A stretch of DNA of 64,000 nt from Rhodothermales bacterium (GTDB taxonomy: Bacteria > Bacteroidota > Rhodothermia > Rhodothermales > VXPQ01). The position numbers and the translations under genes are program-made. Positions 58,468 through 64,000 of the stretch are shown here, piece by piece. The notes under the pieces were generated by a model, which had not been told where the DNA came from, did not search any database, and saw only the letters and a program-made list of their open reading frames with translations. The first letter of the stretch is position 1, and each line of letters starts with the position of its first letter. The stretch covers positions 39,056-103,055 of the forward strand of contig JBBDTI010000031.1 in the NCBI GenBank assembly GCA_040904565.1, given 5' to 3'.

Positions 58468-59754
58468 ATGCTTCCGATCGTATCCTTTGAAGACCGAAGG
58501 GACAAGCTGCCGCGCATCTTCGATCGCGGCGCCGTGTTCAGCGACGAGATCGATGCGGCGGTGTCCGACATCCTGCGAGACGTTCGCGAGAGGCGCGACG
58601 AGGCCCTGCTAGATCTCACGGAGCGTTTCGACGGCGTACGGCCTGCCCGTCTGCGCATCTCGACTGAACGATTGGCCGAGGCCTATTCCGACCTCGATCC
58701 CGAGCTGCGTGACATCTTCTCTGAGGCGGCTAGCAATATTCGACGTTTTCACGAGAAGCAGGTACGGAGCTCGTGGTTCTCGGACGAGGACGACGGGGTC
58801 ATGCTGGGCCAGCGATTCGTACCGCTCGACCGGGCGGGCGTGTACGTGCCCGGTGGTACGGCGGCGTATCCGTCGACCGTGCTCATGAGCGTCATTCCCG
58901 CGCAGGTAGCCGGCGTACGCGACATTCAGCTGACATCGCCTCCAGGAGATGACGGTGAGCCGCATCCTTTCGTGCTGGCGGCAGCGCACTTCCTGGGTCT
59001 CGACGCTATTTACGCCGTCGGTGGTGCCCAGGCCATCGGGGCCCTGGCCTACGGAACGCAGACCATTCCTCGCGTCGACAAGATCGTCGGCCCCGGTAAT
59101 GTCTACGTCGCCGCGGCCAAGAAACAGGTCTACGGTCAGGTCGACATCGATTCCATTGCCGGACCGAGTGAAATCGTGGTGCTGGCCGACGACGGTGCCG
59201 ACTCCGGCTTTGCGGCGGCGGATCTGCTGTCGCAGGCGGAACACGACCCCCGGGCATCCGCCGTACTCGTTACGACGGACGCCGCGTTCGCGGCCAGGGT
59301 GCGTGAGCGGGCCATCGAGATGGCCGCCGACCTTCCCCGGCGAGAGATCGTCGAGGCGTCACTGGCCGATTTCGGCGCATGTATCGTGGCGGATACCATG
59401 GAGCAAGCCGTCGACGTCGTCAACGAACTCGCGCCCGAACATCTCGAACTGCTGGTACGGGATCCTGAGGGCGTCCTCGGTCAGGTCCGGCATGCGGGAG
59501 CCATTTTTCTCGGGCCGTACTCTCCGGAGCCCGTCGGCGACTATTTCGCGGGGCCGAACCACGTTTTGCCGACGGGCGGTACGGCCCGGTACGCGTCGGC
59601 GCTGGACGTCACCGATTTCCTTCGGCGCCAGTCGATCGTCGCCTATACGCGTGAACGGCTTGCGAAGACGGGTGCGCGGATCGCGACGTTTGCACGGGCG
59701 GAGGACCTGGAGGCCCACGCACGTGCCGTCGAGATACGGATCGACGACCGCTGA
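58468..59754 (+). CDS. hisD: Histidinol dehydrogenase
   Basis: YVPGG.AAYPS, GGAQAI, GPGN.YV, AGPSE, SQAEHD, APEHL, GPNHVLPT. Confidence 0.97.
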   Translation: MLPIVSFEDRRDKLPRIFDRGAVFSDEIDAAVSDILRDVRERRDEALLDLTERFDGVRPARLRISTERLAEAYSDLDPELRDIFSEAASNIRRFHEKQVRSSWFSDEDDGVMLGQRFVPLDRAGVYVPGGTAAYPSTVLMSVIPAQVAGVRDIQLTSPPGDDGEPHPFVLAAAHFLGLDAIYAVGGAQAIGALAYGTQTIPRVDKIVGPGNVYVAAAKKQVYGQVDIDSIAGPSEIVVLADDGADSGFAAADLLSQAEHDPRASAVLVTTDAAFAARVRERAIEMAADLPRREIVEASLADFGACIVADTMEQAVDVVNELAPEHLELLVRDPEGVLGQVRHAGAIFLGPYSPEPVGDYFAGPNHVLPTGGTARYASALDVTDFLRRQSIVAYTRERLAKTGARIATFARAEDLEAHARAVEIRIDDR

Positions 59755-59850
59755 TCGGCCCGGTCCGAAAGGGAGAGCATCTTGCCGACGCAACAGGTTG
59801 TGGTATCATCAACAGTGCAGACAAAACGAAGAGGAGTCGAGGGATCGTGC

Positions 59851-60966
59851 ATGGCAGGTACGGAGAGTGACGGATCGGATGCGATCGCGCAGGTTTTGAA
59901 TCGCATTCGTCCCGCGATTCGCGAACAGCAAGCCTATGTGGTTGGTGGGATAGAACGGCCGCCGGTGAAGCTCAATCAGAACGAGAGCCCGTATGATCTT
60001 CCGGAGGCCATCAAGGACGATCTGCTGGAAGCGTTTGCCGCGATCCCGTTCAACCGGTATCCGGACGAGCAGCCGGGGCGACTCGTGCGGGCCTACGCCG
60101 ATCACGTGGGCTGTGACGCGGAGATGGTCCTGGCCGGAAACGGCTCCAACGAACTGACCTATACCCTGGGGCTGGCGCTCGTCGAAAGGGGTACGCCCGT
60201 CGTCCTCCCGAGGCCCATGTTCTCTCTATACGAAAAGGTCGTGCGGATGCACGACGGCGACCTGGTCGAGGTGCCGTGTCTTCCGGATTACCGATTCGAC
60301 GCGGAGGGGTTGCTCGACGCGGTGCGGACGAATAGACCGGCCCTGACGGTGTTGACGACGCCGAACAATCCCACCGGTCTGGCCATGGAGGAGGGGGAGA
60401 TCGAGGCTATCGTCGCGGCCTCCGATGGGTTCGTCGTGATCGATGAAGCGTACGTCGAATTCTCCGACCGATCCAGCGCCATAGAATTGCTGGATGCCTA
60501 TCCGAACGTCATCGTGTTGCGCACGCTTTCGAAGGCGTACGGTCTTGCCGGGCTTCGCATCGGATTCATGATTGCGCGCCGCCACGTAATCCGCGAAATC
60601 ATGAAGGCGCGGCTGCCGTTTATGATCGATCCTCTTGCGGAGGCCGCGGCGCGGACGCTGATAGCCCACGAGGATCTGCTGGACGGACGAGCACGCAGCC
60701 TGAAAGCGGGGCGCGCAGCGCTCCAGGATGCGCTGGCGTCGCTGGATGGTGTGGACGTCATCCCGTCTCAAACGAATTTCGTCGTGTTCCGTCCGCCGGT
60801 CGAGGCCTCGATCGTGATGGGCCGTCTCGCTGAAGCGGGCGTGCTCGTCAGAAACATGGCGGGGTACCGAGAATTGAGCGGATATCTCCGCGTCAATGCG
60901 GGAACGGAGAGCGAGAACAACGCATTTTTGGTCGCGTTGAAAAATGCATTGACTGAAAGCCGTTGA
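59851..60966 (+). CDS. hisC: Histidinol-phosphate aminotransferase
   Basis: KLNQNESP, GNGSNE, PNNPTG, DEAY.EF, RTLSKAYGLAGLRIG. Confidence 0.95.
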   Translation: MAGTESDGSDAIAQVLNRIRPAIREQQAYVVGGIERPPVKLNQNESPYDLPEAIKDDLLEAFAAIPFNRYPDEQPGRLVRAYADHVGCDAEMVLAGNGSNELTYTLGLALVERGTPVVLPRPMFSLYEKVVRMHDGDLVEVPCLPDYRFDAEGLLDAVRTNRPALTVLTTPNNPTGLAMEEGEIEAIVAASDGFVVIDEAYVEFSDRSSAIELLDAYPNVIVLRTLSKAYGLAGLRIGFMIARRHVIREIMKARLPFMIDPLAEAAARTLIAHEDLLDGRARSLKAGRAALQDALASLDGVDVIPSQTNFVVFRPPVEASIVMGRLAEAGVLVRNMAGYRELSGYLRVNAGTESENNAFLVALKNALTESR

Positions 60967-61062
60967 TGCCGCGACGTTAAATGTGCCGGATGCGTGCTGC
61001 CGACGTGCTGCGGTGAAGGCACTTCGTCGAACTGACATTTACTCCAGGTCGCTAGTACTGCC

Positions 61063-61650
61063 ATGGATTACATACAGGTAGATATCATCGGACTTTCGAC
61101 GAGCCCGTCTAGTGGCGGAGCGTATGCTCTGGTACTCGGCGAGGTCGGAGGAAACCGGCGACTACCCATCATCATCGGAGCATTCGAGGCACAGGCGATC
61201 GCGCTGGAGCTGGAGAAGATCCAACCACCCAGGCCCATGACGCACGATCTGCTTCGCGATACGCTGGATGCCGTCGATGCCGAGGTCATGGACGTCGTGA
61301 TCGATGAGCTGCGAGAGGGGACGTTCTTTGCCAAGATTCGGTACGTTCACGACGGCGACGAGGGGCAGCTCGATTCCCGTCCCAGCGATGCCGTAGCGCT
61401 TGCCGTTCGGGTCGACGCCCCCATCTACGTGGCTCCCAGCGTGATGGAAGAGGCTGGTATACCGACGGAAGAGGAAGGCACGGCCGCGCTGTCGACGGGC
61501 CAGGTAGAAGCAGCCGAGGAGTCGTCCATGACCCAGCTCGAACGCATGGAGCATCAGCTGGAATCGGCCATCGAGGAGGAAGACTACGAAAAGGCGGCCG
61601 AGCTGAGGGATGAGATTAAGCGATTGCAGAGTGAAAAGCAGAAGAACTGA
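61063..61650 (+). CDS. Bifunctional nuclease family (DUF151) protein with C-terminal UVR domain
   Basis: LPIIIGAFEAQAI, RPMTHDL, DSRPSDAVALA, EEDYEKAAELRD. Confidence 0.93.
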   Translation: MDYIQVDIIGLSTSPSSGGAYALVLGEVGGNRRLPIIIGAFEAQAIALELEKIQPPRPMTHDLLRDTLDAVDAEVMDVVIDELREGTFFAKIRYVHDGDEGQLDSRPSDAVALAVRVDAPIYVAPSVMEEAGIPTEEEGTAALSTGQVEAAEESSMTQLERMEHQLESAIEEEDYEKAAELRDEIKRLQSEKQKN

Positions 61651-61811
61651 CGCCCGTTGATGTGGTCCCATGGTTCCGGGCGGGTCGAGATCGGAGCCGG
61701 GATGTAACGCCAATGCCGTCTTGAGAAACGTGAGAGCGAAGCTTTGGCACTCTTGGATTGTGCGAGAGCTTCGCTTTTCCTTTGTGCCATCATCCAACAA
61801 TAGATCCAGAT

Positions 61812-63464
61812 ATGCCCGTCGGAGCCTCCGTTCATGCGTCGATTCGACGCATCCCTTTTTCTGAGATGGATGACTTCTCGACGCTCTTTCGGGACTATTG
61901 TACCGGCTTCGACGCGCTCTCATCGTTCTATGCGGGGGACTACCGGGCACCGGCCGCGCGACGTGCGGCCGTAGAGCGAGCGGCCGCTCATGAGCGGGAT
62001 CGAGATACCCTCGCCGACGTGCTTCTGGAGCAGAACGAGCGTTGGGGGCTGCCGCAGGGCGTTCGCGACCATATCGAAGCGCTCCGACGCTCGGGGAGCG
62101 CGGCGGTTGTCACAGGGCAGCAGGTGGGTCTCCTGACGGGGCCACTCTACACGATCCTCAAGACGGTGTCGACGATCCAGCTGGCAGAACAGCTGTCGGC
62201 GGAGACCGGGCGCGACGTCGTTCCTGTATTCTGGCTGGGTGGAGAGGATCACGACTTCGAGGAAATCTCGAAGGTGTCGATGCTGCGGCGCAATGAACCG
62301 GTTGAGGTGCGGTATGTCGTGTCAGACGCGGGTTCGGGCGGCAACGTGGGACCGGTGGGGCGTATCGAGTTGAACGAGGAGGTGGAACGGATCGTGGGGG
62401 AGCTGGAGGACGTTCTTCCCCCAACGGATTTTCGAGATGAGGTGATGCAGGTCGTACGGACGTCCTACCGGAGCGGGACGACATTCTCCGACGCATTCGC
62501 CCGGATGCTGAGAGCGCTCTTTCCGAACGCCGGGCTCGTCATCATCGATTCGGACGACGTGCGCCTTAAGCGGCTGGCCGCGCCGCTCTACAAAAAAGAA
62601 ATAGACGACGCGGAGCACGTGGCGGAGCTCGTTCGGAAGACGTCCGCCACCCTGGCCGACAGCTACCACAGCCAGGTTCACGTCCGCCCATCCAACCTCT
62701 TCCTTATCAACGAGCGCGGGCGCTTTCCGCTCGACCTCGACGACGGCGTGTTTCGCCTCCGGGATCAGGACGAAAGGTATACCCGCGCGGAGCTGCACGA
62801 ACTGCTGGACGAAGCGCCGGACCGGTTCAGTCCGAACGTCGTGCTTCGTCCGTTGACGCAGGACCTGCTGCTGCCGACGGCCCTATACGTCGCCGGGCCC
62901 AGCGAGATAGCCTACTTCGCGCAGTACGGCGACGTGTACGATTGGGCGGGGATTCCCATGCCGCTCGTTTATCCGCGAGCGAGCGTCAGCATTGTCGAAT
63001 CCAAGGTCTCGAAGGTACTCGAGAAATACGGTCTGACGGTCGGCGATGTCGGGGAGGATCTCGATCGCCTGTTCCAGCGCGTCGTCGTGGATGCGATGGA
63101 CGTCGACGTGGACGAGGTGTTCTCGGATGCCGGGCGTCATCTGCACGAGGCCGTCAATGCCGTGAAGGGTCCGCTCGAGGAGATCGACCGGACGCTGTCG
63201 GGAGCGGCCGAAGCGACGCGAAAGGCGTTCATGGAGGAGTTCGATAAGCTCAAGGCGAAGGCCGTGCGGCTCGAAAAGAAGAACCACGACGTCGTTCGCG
63301 ACCAGCTCGAGAAGGCGCAGTCGAACCTGTATCCTGCCGGTGTGCTGCAGGAACGGGCGATTTCCATTCTCTACTTTGTGAACAAATACAGCCTCGACTT
63401 GATCGGCGCGTTGCTGGACAACGTGTCGACGGACACGACGGAGCACCAGATCGTAGAACTCTGA
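61812..63464 (+). CDS. bshC: Bacillithiol biosynthesis cysteine-adding enzyme BshC
   Basis: VTGQQ.GL.TGPLY, VPVFW..GEDHDF.E, FSPNV.LRP, Y.AGP.E.AY, LQER. Confidence 0.93.
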   Translation: MPVGASVHASIRRIPFSEMDDFSTLFRDYCTGFDALSSFYAGDYRAPAARRAAVERAAAHERDRDTLADVLLEQNERWGLPQGVRDHIEALRRSGSAAVVTGQQVGLLTGPLYTILKTVSTIQLAEQLSAETGRDVVPVFWLGGEDHDFEEISKVSMLRRNEPVEVRYVVSDAGSGGNVGPVGRIELNEEVERIVGELEDVLPPTDFRDEVMQVVRTSYRSGTTFSDAFARMLRALFPNAGLVIIDSDDVRLKRLAAPLYKKEIDDAEHVAELVRKTSATLADSYHSQVHVRPSNLFLINERGRFPLDLDDGVFRLRDQDERYTRAELHELLDEAPDRFSPNVVLRPLTQDLLLPTALYVAGPSEIAYFAQYGDVYDWAGIPMPLVYPRASVSIVESKVSKVLEKYGLTVGDVGEDLDRLFQRVVVDAMDVDVDEVFSDAGRHLHEAVNAVKGPLEEIDRTLSGAAEATRKAFMEEFDKLKAKAVRLEKKNHDVVRDQLEKAQSNLYPAGVLQERAISILYFVNKYSLDLIGALLDNVSTDTTEHQIVEL

Positions 63465-63488
63465 ACGCTTCCCGGCCGCGTACGTGCG

Positions 63489-64000
63489 TCACACCGCCGG
63501 CTCCATCTTCATGACCAGGCGGCAGAGGCGGCGCCAGGTCTTCAGGTCGCGCGTACATTCTTTCCGCAGCTCCTCCACCCGCTGGCGAAGCTCCCGGGCT
63601 CTGGTCGGGTCGGCATCCCGTGCCGCCCGGTAGCGGTCTCTCGCTGTCTTGGCCGCCGTGATGGTAGACGTAAGCTTGTCCGACGTCTTTTCTACGGCGT
63701 CCATGAATGCTTTGGCGTGCTGATCTCGCAGCCGGCTCAAATGGTCGATGAGCAGCTCGCGGTCTGCCTGAACGAGGCGCTTCTTGATCATGAGCGGATC
63801 CATCGTCTTCAGGTCCGACGCCAGGCCGAACTTGCTGAGCAGCCAGATGACGTATTTGGGAGGGTCGAATTGATACCACCGGACGCCGTTGCGGTAATCT
63901 CCCGAGAAGGTGTGGTGGTAATTGTGATATCCCTCGCCAAAGGTGAGCAAGGCAAGAATGAAATTGTTTACCGCCGAATGCTCCGTCGAGTAGGGTTTGC
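63489..64000 (-). CDS. Fatty acid (delta-9 type) desaturase, C-terminal part
   Basis: LTFGEGYHNYHH His box, DYRNG..WYQFDP.K; truncated by window end. Confidence 0.9.
   Translation of the reverse strand, partial: KPYSTEHSAVNNFILALLTFGEGYHNYHHTFSGDYRNGVRWYQFDPPKYVIWLLSKFGLASDLKTMDPLMIKKRLVQADRELLIDHLSRLRDQHAKAFMDAVEKTSDKLTSTITAAKTARDRYRAARDADPTRARELRQRVEELRKECTRDLKTWRRLCRLVMKMEPAV

Noticed and set aside
1-64000. Long antisense ORFs overlapping real genes; CRISPR arrays, IS elements, prophage, tRNAs
   Set aside because: Antisense ORFs are shadows of GC3-biased coding strands; no repeat-spacer arrays, transposase/integrase motifs or tRNA cloverleaves were seen

Overview
GC-rich bacterial chromosomal window, most likely Rhodothermota/FCB group (inferred from the bat cluster, parA-parB-DUF5683, bshC, Bacteroidota-type Spt, and sigma/FecR/TonB-receptor/DUF4249 genes). 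It is densely coding housekeeping DNA with about 60 genes. I see no prophage, IS, CRISPR, tRNA or rRNA. The standout is the ~1.45 kb gap at 15345-16799, which has no credible protein gene. It holds a candidate ~1,030-nt highly structured + strand non-coding RNA with a near-consensus sigma70 promoter (TTGACG-17-TATAAT), more than 15 hairpins (several capped by C(UUCG)G or GNRA loops) and an intrinsic terminator. A boxA-like 5' segment pairs with the 3' end like an rRNA processing stalk. A separate ~95-nt candidate sRNA with its own promoter and terminator lies just upstream. I cannot match either RNA to a known family by eye. Secondary points: an Spt/bCerS-like sphingolipid cluster, a DGGGPS-like/GGR-like/GT2 cluster, a sirtuin embedded in a moxR-less bat cluster, an AI-2E transporter with an inserted PDZ domain, and a NUDIX-eIF2B-like fusion. 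All calls are by-eye motif recognition; no searches or folding programs were run.
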